From: Akkermansia sp.
GTDB taxonomy: Bacteria; Verrucomicrobiota; Verrucomicrobiia; Verrucomicrobiales; Akkermansiaceae
Length of the DNA: 64,000 nucleotides
Assembly: GCA_045576695.1 (NCBI GenBank)
Contig: JAZNGY010000075.1
Location: 46,097 to 110,096 of the forward strand
Reading direction: 5' to 3'
Made by a program: the position numbers and the translations under genes. Below the pieces are notes generated by a model, which worked only from the letters and a program-made list of their open reading frames with translations, searched no databases and was not told the DNA's origin. Shown piece after piece: positions 45,954 to 55,054 of this stretch. How positions within the stretch are numbered: position 1 is the stretch's first letter; the number at the start of each line of letters is the position of its first letter.

Positions 45954-46162
45954 ACGCAACTGTGATTTTCACGATTGCTAAAGCGACGGGGTGGACGGAA
46001 GAATACATCATGTGGCTTCCGCTGCGTAAGACGCTCCAATATCTTCATGCAGCTTGGGTTAGCGAGGGCGTTGAAACAGAGTGGCGCAGCGTCTCCGAGG
46101 AAGAAGCCGCCGAAGCTGCGAGCCTGTTTAACCGATTAAGATACCTGACAAAACATGCCTGA
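45929..46162 (+). CDS. Tail assembly chaperone T segment reached by -1 frameshift
   Basis: The -1 frame from 45929-45935 is open through IFTIAKATGWTEEYIMWLP to 46162. Confidence 0.7.
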   Translation, partial: PKRACPALNATVIFTIAKATGWTEEYIMWLPLRKTLQYLHAAWVSEGVETEWRSVSEEEAAEAASLFNRLRYLTKHA

Positions 46163-48578
46163 CGTTACATTCACATTCTCTGGTGACTCCACTTCCTTAC
46201 AGAATGCTCTCAACGAGATTAAGGGGGAAGTAGGTAAGACCAAGGAATCTGTACAAGGACTAGCCGGGCAATTCGTTGCCTCCTTTGCCGCTATTGGTGC
46301 TGCCATCGCTGCGGTTAAGGGGGCTTTTGCCACTCTGGGTGGTATTTCTGCGGAAGCCGCCCGCATGGAGCAGACCGGGCTTGCGTTCAAAGTCATGATG
46401 GGTGATGCCGCTGCAGCTGCGGAGTATGTTGCAAAACTCCGCGAATATGCCGCCGAAACGCCCTTTGAGTTCGGGGATATTTCCGATGCTGGCAAGACCT
46501 TGCTCTCAATGGGTACGGCTGCGGATAAAAGTATTGAGGTTATTCGTAAGCTGGGCGATATCGCTTCGGTTTCCGGCAAGCCGCTCAAAGAGCTTGCGTT
46601 CCTTTATGCCAAGGTGCAGAACTCTGGCCTGAGTAACGAAGTAGCCGAGTCCTTGGAAATGCAAGGCGTGCCGATCCGTAAGTTGATTGCCGAGATGAAA
46701 GGCATTTCTTTTGAGGACGTGTTCAAAGGCATTTCCAAGCGCCAGTTTAATCTTGATGACCTTGATGCAGCCCTCGACAAGCTGACTGGTCCCGGTGGTC
46801 TGTTGGAAAACATGACCAAGCTTCAATCGCAGACTTTCTCCGGCGCATTAAGCACTCTTACAGATGGATTCTCCGCGCTGGCCGTGGAAATGGGTACGCC
46901 TATCAATGCCGCCATTCTTCCGGTGTTAGGAGAGCTGACGGCCTATGTGGATTCATTAACTCCCACAGTTCAGCAATTTGCACAAACTCTGGCTACTGTA
47001 TTTGAGGGAGCAGTAGCAGTCATCACGCCTATTGTCTCCGGCATCGGCGAGCTTGTTTCGATTCTGGGGGGTGCGGAGACTGTCATTGCGTCTGCAGCTG
47101 CTGCCATGCTCTTGTATGTCGGCAATACCAAGACCGCAGTCACCAGCACAGTTTCATTCCGAGCGCAGCTTACAGCCCTTGGTAATACCATCAAAGGATT
47201 GTCGTTCTCTTCCTTTGTGACGGCCTATCGTACAGCTCTTTCCGGCTTACGCACGGCCATGTCCTCCACGCTTGCCGGGCTCAAGGTAACGTGGTCGATT
47301 GCTTGGTCAACAATGGCTACTGTAACCCGAGCTGCCATGGTAGCGGTAAAGGCTGCAATCGTCAGCACCGGCATCGGCCTGATTATTGTCGGCATTGGCG
47401 AAGCCCTGGGCGCTCTCTATTCTTGGTTCATGGGCAACAGCGAGGCCGCAGAGAAAGCTGCTGAATCCACGCGCCAGTTCGAGAAATCACTTCGCAACCT
47501 GAATAAGCAAGCGGATAAGGTGAAAACGTATGAGCAATACGATTCCTTTATGGAGCAACTAGACGAACGCATGGATGACCTGCGTGAGGAGCGCAGCATG
47601 GCCGTAGCCAAGGATGAGGACGAGGAGGTTATCGAGCTCTTAGACCAGCAGCTTGCACGTCTGCGGCAACGGAAACGCCATTACGAAGAAACGCTGCCGA
47701 TTCAGATTGAGGAAGCCATTGCTGCCGAGCGTGCTGCAGAAGCGATGCGCCGCCAACAGGAGGAGGCCGCAGAGCTGGAGCGTAAGCTGGCCGCAGCCCG
47801 CGATAAGCTCAACGACCTGTACCGCCGCCAGCGTGAAACGGAACGAGAGCAGTATCTGTCCGGGCTTGCCCCCGAGGTGCAGATTCAGCTTCGCCTTTCC
47901 GATGCTACAGCTTATGGCCAAGCCCGCCACACGATTGAGTCTCTGCGACAGGAGATGAAGGATATCTCCAATAAATCGATTGTGACGGATGAGGATGTGG
48001 CTCGTTACCAACTGCTGTCCTCCACCTACAATAAAATCGTGGAGCTGCAACGCCGTGGGCGAGAGGAAGCCGAGCGCACGGCTGAAGCTGAACGTCGCAG
48101 GGCTGAGGAAGCCGCCAGACAGGAGCAGGCTCGACAGCGAGCTGCCAGCGACTACGATATGGCCGTGAAGATGTTGCAAGCTGAGATTGCCGGAAATGAG
48201 AAGCGTCTTGCCGTGCTGAAACAACAGCAGCGCATTACTCAGCTTACTGCTGAATATCAGCGCCAGGGATTAGAAGATGCCGAGGCTCGTGCCAAACGCA
48301 TGGTGGCCTTGGAGAAGCAACTCGAACGCCAGCAGGAGAAGCAGCGGGAGCAAGAAGAGAGGCGCCAGCAGCAACAGGGTCGAGGTCGCCCACAGGGCTC
48401 GCGTACATCTGATTCTTTTGCAAGCGTAGGTGGTGGCGGTCGCTCCGTTGTCATTGGTGGGCCACTTATCTCGGAGACGAAGAAGCAGACCCGCTTGCTG
48501 GAGGGCATAGGCAACAACACGAGACGGCCTCCCACGATTAAGGTGTCGGGTAATGTGGAAGCTGTCATCAGCCGTTGA
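46155..48578 (+). CDS. Tape measure protein
   Basis: 807 aa; FAASFAAIG..., ETPFEFGDI tape-measure domain; helical. Confidence 0.9.
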   Translation: MPDVTFTFSGDSTSLQNALNEIKGEVGKTKESVQGLAGQFVASFAAIGAAIAAVKGAFATLGGISAEAARMEQTGLAFKVMMGDAAAAAEYVAKLREYAAETPFEFGDISDAGKTLLSMGTAADKSIEVIRKLGDIASVSGKPLKELAFLYAKVQNSGLSNEVAESLEMQGVPIRKLIAEMKGISFEDVFKGISKRQFNLDDLDAALDKLTGPGGLLENMTKLQSQTFSGALSTLTDGFSALAVEMGTPINAAILPVLGELTAYVDSLTPTVQQFAQTLATVFEGAVAVITPIVSGIGELVSILGGAETVIASAAAAMLLYVGNTKTAVTSTVSFRAQLTALGNTIKGLSFSSFVTAYRTALSGLRTAMSSTLAGLKVTWSIAWSTMATVTRAAMVAVKAAIVSTGIGLIIVGIGEALGALYSWFMGNSEAAEKAAESTRQFEKSLRNLNKQADKVKTYEQYDSFMEQLDERMDDLREERSMAVAKDEDEEVIELLDQQLARLRQRKRHYEETLPIQIEEAIAAERAAEAMRRQQEEAAELERKLAAARDKLNDLYRRQRETEREQYLSGLAPEVQIQLRLSDATAYGQARHTIESLRQEMKDISNKSIVTDEDVARYQLLSSTYNKIVELQRRGREEAERTAEAERRRAEEAARQEQARQRAASDYDMAVKMLQAEIAGNEKRLAVLKQQQRITQLTAEYQRQGLEDAEARAKRMVALEKQLERQQEKQREQEERRQQQQGRGRPQGSRTSDSFASVGGGGRSVVIGGPLISETKKQTRLLEGIGNNTRRPPTIKVSGNVEAVISR

Positions 48579-48602
48579 TTTTGACATCCTGTTCCGTTGT
48601 AT

Positions 48603-49496
48603 ATGGCAACATTACGAACAGGATTCGGCTCTGGTGGTGACAGGCTCGTGTGGTTCGGTAACACGGGCTACATTATCACCGGGCTGACGATTGAACTGAG
48701 CCGCGACCGCGAGACAGGCGATACTGTAGAATTAACCTATGAAGTGCCGGAGGCCAGCGCGATGAGTTCCGTGCCGGAGATGGATTCCGGCATTGACGTG
48801 CTTTCTTCTGTGTCTCTCAGCAAGGCTGTTATCACGCCCGGTGTGGCTGGTGTGGCCAGCGTGAAGCTGACTTACACCAAGCCCAAGGTGGAGGCCGAGG
48901 AAAGCGAGGAGGATGACGATTTGGATGGCTCTGGTGAAGAAGAAGGCTCTGATGAGGGCGGCGGCGGCGAGGAGGGTTCATGGTCTATGGGCGGTGGCTC
49001 GTTCACTACTTCCTTTGACGTGACTGTGGTTGACCAGCCTATTCTGACTCACCCTAAGATGGCCAGTATCTCCGGCGGGCAGCTGGAATACCTCAAGGCG
49101 TTTATGGATGGAGCCCGCCTGTGGGAGCTTGTGCCGGAAGTGGATGGCAGCGGCAAGCCTAAGCTGGATAGTGATGGGCTTCCGGTCATGAAGCAACTCG
49201 GCAAGCTTCTCAGGACTGGCAGTAAAGCCTTTGACCTCATTAACAAGGGGGTGACTTCCTACAAGGATATCATGGCCACTTACACAGTCAGACAGACATC
49301 CCGCTCGGATAAGTCTGATATTTCATCGGTGGGCAAAATCAACAATCCTCCCAAGGCTCCGAAGTTCCCTAATCGTACGTGGTTGCAGGTGTCCTCCAAC
49401 TGCTCCATGAATGATGATGGTAAGACCTATACCATCGAAAACACTTGGCTGCTCTCCGGCCTTGGCGGCTGGGATAAAGACTTGTACGGCTCTTAA
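48603..49496 (+). CDS. Phage minor tail protein
   Basis: Homolog of 582-1478. Confidence 0.7.
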   Translation: MATLRTGFGSGGDRLVWFGNTGYIITGLTIELSRDRETGDTVELTYEVPEASAMSSVPEMDSGIDVLSSVSLSKAVITPGVAGVASVKLTYTKPKVEAEESEEDDDLDGSGEEEGSDEGGGGEEGSWSMGGGSFTTSFDVTVVDQPILTHPKMASISGGQLEYLKAFMDGARLWELVPEVDGSGKPKLDSDGLPVMKQLGKLLRTGSKAFDLINKGVTSYKDIMATYTVRQTSRSDKSDISSVGKINNPPKAPKFPNRTWLQVSSNCSMNDDGKTYTIENTWLLSGLGGWDKDLYGS

Positions 49497-49502
49497 TCTG
49501 CT

Positions 49503-51530
49503 ATGAAACTCCCCGAAAAAGTACGTGTAGGTGAAAAGCTCTCGGCGCGTTGGCTAAATCAGGTGGTGGATTGCTTGAAAGAGCTGGGTAAGGCTTCCAA
49601 TGTGGGCAACGGCTCTTCTACCTCCAGCATTGAGTATTCCGGCTCTGATTATCGTGATACCAAGTATCGTGGTACAGGTGGTACGGATTTGCAGGAATTT
49701 CACGTGGTGCCGTTCCAGCTGCGATTGAAGCCTAAGCATCTGTGTGATGTAAGCCCTGATGGCAACTGGCCGAAGATTGCCCAGATTAAAGCCGGAGCTA
49801 TCATTGACTATATGGGCAAAACGCGCCCGGTTCCCGAGAATGCCACCATCTACGACTACACGGAGGGCTGGATTGATATCGGGGCTTTTTCGGAGCAATT
49901 ACACAAGGTCTTTTGCATCATTAAGCAGAATTACAAGGGCGAAATCATCAGCGCGGAAATCAGGAGCTCTGAGGAGAAGTTCGTTCCCTGGGGCAAGACT
50001 GAGGAGAATACCAAGGGTGATGGCGTTCTGTCTGTTTTCATTGGCTCATACCAGCTTAAACGAGTGGAGGAGGTCAACCGAGCCCATATCTATCAGGCTC
50101 ACTCGGGTACGCTGGACTTGCAGACTGTACAGGTTGAAAAGCTCTTTGATGCAGACGAAGAAGCAAAGGATGCCCCCTCTGGCAGCGGCTCGGGTGCAGG
50201 CTCGGCAGCTGGGTCTGATAATTACTACACGGCTGGGGAAAGCGAAGAATATGAGAGCAAGCCCGCCGGGTTATTCCGTAAGCGGGACGAGCATCTTTTC
50301 ATCTTCAAGAAACTTATCTGCTGTGAGGGGCTGAGCCTTGAGGATGGCAAGAATCTGAAAATCAAGCTTCGCAGAGCCAATTCCGTATGGCCTGATGGCA
50401 GCGGATCACAAGAATCCCTGGCTGATGATGAGCCTGTCATTACCCTTGGCGGTGTCGAGGATATCGTGTTCAACAAGGAGATTCTGATTCCTTTGATTGA
50501 GTCCGGCATCATTAAGGTTCCCTATGCCGATACGCTCAAGGAAACAACTGGTGTCATTTCCGGGCTGGAAGTTCGATATGCTCCGGCTGTTCGTGAGGAT
50601 GATGGCTCTGTTACCTTTCTGGGCGAAGACGGCTCACGGCTTCCACATGGCGGGGCAAATAATCCGGCTGGTGGCTCGGGTTCCGGTTCAGCTGATGGGC
50701 CTTATATCAATCAGATTGTGGAGGGTGTCATCCACCTGACTATCCCGATATTCGTGGATGAGCTTTCGGCTTCTTTGTCACAGTCTGCATCGGAAAGCAA
50801 CTCTGCTTCAAACTCAGCTTCTGAGCCGGGCTATGATACGGAAAGCGATAGCGATTCCTATTTCCCCTCAATCGGGGAATCCGAATCAGCTTCAGCAAGC
50901 GCCTCCAATTCAGCCAGCGCTTCTGCGAGTGAGTCCGCTAGTGGTTCTTCTTCCGGCTCAGCCAGCGCATCCGCTTCTGCTTCTTCTTCCGGCTCTGATA
51001 TCGCTTCTGCTTCTGACATTGCTTCCGGCTCTGATGTTCCCTCGGATTCTGTAGCAGGTTCTTCTTCCTCTGGCTCAACTGGTGGTTCATCTTCTTCCGG
51101 CGAGGGTTCGACCGGGGGAGGCTCTGTTCCCGGCGAGGGGTCTGTACCGGGTGGTGGCTCTATCCCCGGAGGCGGTTCAATTCCTGGGGGCAGCAGTTCT
51201 TCGGGGTCATCCGGCGGTAGTGGGTGTTGTGGTTGCGACTGCGCCACGAAGCTGGCAGACATGCAGGCCAAGATTGATGCCTTGGAGACTCGCATCGCTG
51301 AACTGGAGAAGAACAAGACCGAATGCAACTGCAAGTGTGGAGACTTGCTCGCCCAGATTCAGGCGGCTGTAGCAGCTGAAGCTCAGACCATCGCCAACAG
51401 CATCAATTACGAAGTCTCGGTCAATGGTGCGGTCGTGACTACCACGGAATACGGCACGATTGTTGCTGATACAACAGGCTCAGTTACAGCTAACGGAGCA
51501 AGCGCTTCTTCCAACATTCACTACCAATGA
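49503..51530 (+). CDS. Ser/Gly-rich tail-associated protein
   Basis: Homolog of 1482-3440; SASASASESASGSSSGSAS tract at ~50670-51240; CCGCDC...CNCKC. Confidence 0.7.
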   Translation: MKLPEKVRVGEKLSARWLNQVVDCLKELGKASNVGNGSSTSSIEYSGSDYRDTKYRGTGGTDLQEFHVVPFQLRLKPKHLCDVSPDGNWPKIAQIKAGAIIDYMGKTRPVPENATIYDYTEGWIDIGAFSEQLHKVFCIIKQNYKGEIISAEIRSSEEKFVPWGKTEENTKGDGVLSVFIGSYQLKRVEEVNRAHIYQAHSGTLDLQTVQVEKLFDADEEAKDAPSGSGSGAGSAAGSDNYYTAGESEEYESKPAGLFRKRDEHLFIFKKLICCEGLSLEDGKNLKIKLRRANSVWPDGSGSQESLADDEPVITLGGVEDIVFNKEILIPLIESGIIKVPYADTLKETTGVISGLEVRYAPAVREDDGSVTFLGEDGSRLPHGGANNPAGGSGSGSADGPYINQIVEGVIHLTIPIFVDELSASLSQSASESNSASNSASEPGYDTESDSDSYFPSIGESESASASASNSASASASESASGSSSGSASASASASSSGSDIASASDIASGSDVPSDSVAGSSSSGSTGGSSSSGEGSTGGGSVPGEGSVPGGGSIPGGGSIPGGSSSSGSSGGSGCCGCDCATKLADMQAKIDALETRIAELEKNKTECNCKCGDLLAQIQAAVAAEAQTIANSINYEVSVNGAVVTTTEYGTIVADTTGSVTANGASASSNIHYQ

Positions 51531-51542
51531 TTTCTCCCCGCC

Positions 51543-51785
51543 ATGGCTTGCAACTGTGAAAACATCGACATGAACAGCATCCGCGCCGCTGTCCGACAAC
51601 TCCTCTGGCAGCGGGTTGCGGAGATTGTTCAGAATATCTCCTGCACACACACCAATACCGATGGCCACTACAGCCCCTCGCAATACTGGTATGACCTCGA
51701 CCGCACCGACCGCCGTTCTGTCAGCACCAGTATGAGCGTGGGGCTGCGTGGCAATACCATTGTCATCACTCTTTCCTACGCCTAA
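51543..51785 (+). CDS. Small conserved Cys-containing phage protein
   Basis: Homolog of 3443-3685. Confidence 0.75.
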   Translation: MACNCENIDMNSIRAAVRQLLWQRVAEIVQNISCTHTNTDGHYSPSQYWYDLDRTDRRSVSTSMSVGLRGNTIVITLSYA

Positions 51786-51789
51786 CCCA

Positions 51790-53001
51790 ATGCCTGATAT
51801 GAAAATTGACCTCAACAAGAACACACGCTGCATTTCGATGTCTCCTTGGAGGCAAAGCTTTATGCGCCGCATCTTCCTTGAGCGGGGATTGCAAATGCCA
51901 CCTGTAACGTACCCCATCATTCCCGAGAAGCCTACACGACCCAAGGAGCCCAAGGCTTATTCGAGCCTCGCCCTTACGTTTATGCGGCTAGTTCTGGATG
52001 CAGAGAAAGAGGGCTTGCCGTATCTGATTATCTACGAGGACGATGCTTATCCCTGCAATGCCCCACAGGCTACGCTCGACAAGCTACTTGCCGACCATCC
52101 TCTTCCATCTGACTGTGGGCTTCTGTGCCTGGGGGACAGGAATGGCAACAGTCGGTATCGTGGTCGGCATACGCTCTTGCTGGAGGACTGCCAAGCTCCG
52201 TACACGCCCCTCGTGCCGAATCGTGCCGAGAACAAGGGCAGTCATGCTTTCGTGGTATTCCGACCTGCCTATATCCCATTCGTGCAAGCTATTGCCAGCT
52301 TCGGAGTGACTGATATGTCGTTCTCGCGCATCAGGAATCATTGTGACCTGCAAGCCTATGGTATCTTCTTCGACCCCATATTCAGCCAGCATCGCTACAA
52401 TGGCGGCAATGACCCGGAGCCCGCCCACCTGTACCCTGAGTATTTCATGCACCACAGGCGGGAGCTGGATAAAAGATTCCCTCGGCCTACGCAGCAGACT
52501 CGGTTGCTGGCGAAGCCCGCTCCCCGCTTCTGGTTGTTTGCCAACAATCCCAAGGTGGATGCTGAGGCGTTAGGCATTGCCCCCGATGATGTGCTGGTAT
52601 TTCTCAACCGGGCAAAGCCTTTCGAGCATCTGCGGGACTTACCTAATCGCCGCATCCTCATTGTTCGCCGTAACGCCAGAGACAAAAACTGGTTCACTCC
52701 CTACGGCAAGGACAAGGAACTCTTTTCTCTATTCGAGGACGTGCTGCTTCTGAGTGACAAGGCTTTGGCAAAGGAACGCAGATGGTTTGCTGAATACAAG
52801 TCTGCTACGAAGAACGCTTCTCCTACTACCGGCTGGATCGCGTACCAACTCTTGCGTGAGCATTACCCGGATGCGGAGGTGGTGCTGGTGAACTTTGTGC
52901 CGGATGGCAACAACGGCTCATACAAATGGCAGAAGCATGACTGGCAATATGAGGCTGAGTATTACCGGAAACACGATGTCCCTTGCCGAGTTTTGCTGTG
53001 A
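51790..53001 (+). CDS. Putative two-domain glycosyltransferase (GT25-like + GT29-like)
   Basis: Homolog of 3687-4889 with all motifs retained. Confidence 0.65.
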   Translation: MPDMKIDLNKNTRCISMSPWRQSFMRRIFLERGLQMPPVTYPIIPEKPTRPKEPKAYSSLALTFMRLVLDAEKEGLPYLIIYEDDAYPCNAPQATLDKLLADHPLPSDCGLLCLGDRNGNSRYRGRHTLLLEDCQAPYTPLVPNRAENKGSHAFVVFRPAYIPFVQAIASFGVTDMSFSRIRNHCDLQAYGIFFDPIFSQHRYNGGNDPEPAHLYPEYFMHHRRELDKRFPRPTQQTRLLAKPAPRFWLFANNPKVDAEALGIAPDDVLVFLNRAKPFEHLRDLPNRRILIVRRNARDKNWFTPYGKDKELFSLFEDVLLLSDKALAKERRWFAEYKSATKNASPTTGWIAYQLLREHYPDAEVVLVNFVPDGNNGSYKWQKHDWQYEAEYYRKHDVPCRVLL

Positions 53002-53022
53002 TGTAAAGCGTTGAAAATAAGT

Positions 53023-53162
53023 GCAAAAAGGTGAAAGAAAAAGTAAAAAAGTCCTTGCATCTTGTTCGCAATCTGCTATACTTTCACCATAGACAAAAGG
53101 CTAACGCTTAATACATTACAACACGCAATACGACCATGAGCACCACCACCAAGACCGCCGCC
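53023..53162 (+). repeat. 140-bp direct repeat copy 1 (UP element, promoter, leader, first 9 codons)
   Basis: Matches 53822-53961 with about 3 mismatches. Confidence 0.92.
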
Positions 53163-53528
53163 GACAACGCCGCCCTGAACGAGCTGAAGCGTAACAGCAT
53201 CGCCCGCGAGTACAAATACCAGCTCCTGAGCTTCATGACCGAGTACGAGACTCTGGAACAGCACGAGCATCAGAAAGCCGCCCTCCTGCGCCGAGCTGAA
53301 TACAGCACAGAACTCCTCCACATCCTCGATACGCGCAGCGCCGTAGAAGTGATGGAGGATTTCAAATCTGAGAATGAGCGTATCAAAGACCGCATCAAGG
53401 AGCAGAAGCGAATCGTTACGTACAAGGCAAACAAGCTGATGGAAGCCGTAGCCCTCATGAATAACGAGCTTGGCATCCAAGTCGCCAGCCCCGCATTGGA
53501 AATCGCTAAGCAGTTCATTAACGCCTAA
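53136..53528 (+). CDS. Small helical protein, paralog family member 1
   Basis: MSTTTKTAA start; C-terminal ELGIQV...IAKQFINA. Confidence 0.75.
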   Translation: MSTTTKTAADNAALNELKRNSIAREYKYQLLSFMTEYETLEQHEHQKAALLRRAEYSTELLHILDTRSAVEVMEDFKSENERIKDRIKEQKRIVTYKANKLMEAVALMNNELGIQVASPALEIAKQFINA

Positions 53529-53542
53529 CCTGATATCGACCC

Positions 53543-53809
53543 ATGAGCGCAACTATCAAGACCGTATACTACAGCAAGGCTGGTGAAATCGTCAGCAGCT
53601 GGGATGAAGCTGAGAGCGTGACCTACCACACCATCTGTACCAACGAGCAAGCAGACGCAGCCGAGGCCAAGTTGGTAGCTCTGGCCCACGAGTTTGCCGA
53701 GAAGCACTACAAGGAGGTACAGAAAGAGAACTACAGCATTCGCGGAGCCAAGCTCAACGATGGCACCTACTACATGCAGACGAAGGTGTGGAAGCAAAGC
53801 TGTAAGTGA
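53543..53809 (+). CDS. Small hypothetical protein
   Basis: 88-aa ORF within the cassette. Confidence 0.7.
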   Translation: MSATIKTVYYSKAGEIVSSWDEAESVTYHTICTNEQADAAEAKLVALAHEFAEKHYKEVQKENYSIRGAKLNDGTYYMQTKVWKQSCK

Positions 53810-53821
53810 TTGGAAATAAAC

Positions 53822-53961
53822 GCAAAAAGGCGAAAGAAAAAGTAAAAAAGTCCTTGCATCTTGTTCGCAATCTGCTATACTTTCACCATAGACAAAAGGC
53901 TAACGCTTAATACATTACAACACACAATACAACCATGAGCACCACCACCAAGACCGCCGCC
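53822..53961 (+). repeat. 140-bp direct repeat copy 2
   Basis: See 53023-53162. Confidence 0.92.
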
Positions 53962-54303
53962 GCCCTGAAGTACAACGTCCTGTCCTACTACAAGTACCAC
54001 TTCGTGAAGTTCCTGAAGGAGATGGACAAGCTGGATGAATACCAGCGCCAGCTGGAAGCCCTCGACCGCCGTGAGGCTCTGACCAAGAGCCTGATGGAGC
54101 AGATGGATAAGGGAAGCGCCGAGCATCTTGCTAAGGATTTCCAGTTTGAACGTGAGTGCATCGAACAGAACATCGCAGATACTGGGTACTACTTGGAAGG
54201 CAAATCAGAAAAGCTGATTGCCGCCGCAGAGAAGATGGCTGAGCTTGGCCTCCCGGTAGAGGAAAGCGTCATCACTATGGCCAAGGTTTACATTAACGCC
54301 TAA
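53935..54303 (+). CDS. Small helical protein, paralog family member 2
   Basis: MSTTTKTAA; C-terminal ELGLPV...MAKVYINA. Confidence 0.75.
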   Translation: MSTTTKTAAALKYNVLSYYKYHFVKFLKEMDKLDEYQRQLEALDRREALTKSLMEQMDKGSAEHLAKDFQFERECIEQNIADTGYYLEGKSEKLIAAAEKMAELGLPVEESVITMAKVYINA

Positions 54304-54316
54304 TCCCTTAACTACA

Positions 54317-54625
54317 ATGACCGAGTTATACGACATCGAGAGCGACACCGCCCAGATTTACGAAGAGCGAGCAACCGCATTGAAAGCGACCTTGAGCGAA
54401 ATCGACAAGTGGCTGGATTTCTACGATAAGGCAGTCGAGTCTGAGGACAACCTAGAAAAGTATGAATCCGCTCTGGCTCAATACACTTGGAACATGACCA
54501 AGCTCGAAGAGAAAGCTATCTGGCAGAGTAAGGACTTTTGGCGAATCGCCGGGCTCGCCATGTCCCACGGTCTGGAGGTAGACATTGAGCTACTGGGTAA
54601 AGCCGCTTCCTATAGAAGCCTCTGA
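54317..54625 (+). CDS. Small acidic helical protein, paralog member 3
   Basis: YEERATALK...IAGLAMSHGLEVD. Confidence 0.75.
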   Translation: MTELYDIESDTAQIYEERATALKATLSEIDKWLDFYDKAVESEDNLEKYESALAQYTWNMTKLEEKAIWQSKDFWRIAGLAMSHGLEVDIELLGKAASYRSL

Positions 54626-54666
54626 TAACACTAACAAATTTCCCCAACAACAAACACAATACAACA

Positions 54667-54981
54667 ATGATACACGCAACAAAAGAAGAAATCGGAAAGG
54701 CCTACGAGGCCAAGGCAACGGAACTCCGCAACGCCCTCGAAATGACGATGGAAATCATGGACAACTACGAAGCCGCCGTCATTGAGGACACCGACAAGGA
54801 GACGTACGACAAGGCCAAGGCTGCCTACTGCAACAACATCGTACAGTACGCAGAGAACAATGACCGCCTGAGTCTGGAGTTCAGCAAGATTGCCGGGCTT
54901 GCCTTATATTACGAGCTGGAGGTAGACATGAAGCTGTTGAAAATAGCCATGAACTACGTAGACCAGCATCGGCCGGAATAA
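54667..54981 (+). CDS. Small acidic helical protein, paralog member 4
   Basis: YEAKATELR...IAGLALYYELEVD. Confidence 0.75.
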   Translation: MIHATKEEIGKAYEAKATELRNALEMTMEIMDNYEAAVIEDTDKETYDKAKAAYCNNIVQYAENNDRLSLEFSKIAGLALYYELEVDMKLLKIAMNYVDQHRPE

Positions 54982-55001
54982 CGAGAAATCCTAGCGATTT
55001 C

Positions 55002-55036
55002 CCCGGGAGCAGACACCACGCTGCCCCGGCTTTTTT
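55002..55036 (+). terminator. Terminator closing the small-gene cassette
   Basis: ccgggagcag...ctgccccgg followed by T6. Confidence 0.7.
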
Positions 55037-55054
55037 GACGTGCCGCCCCTTGGT

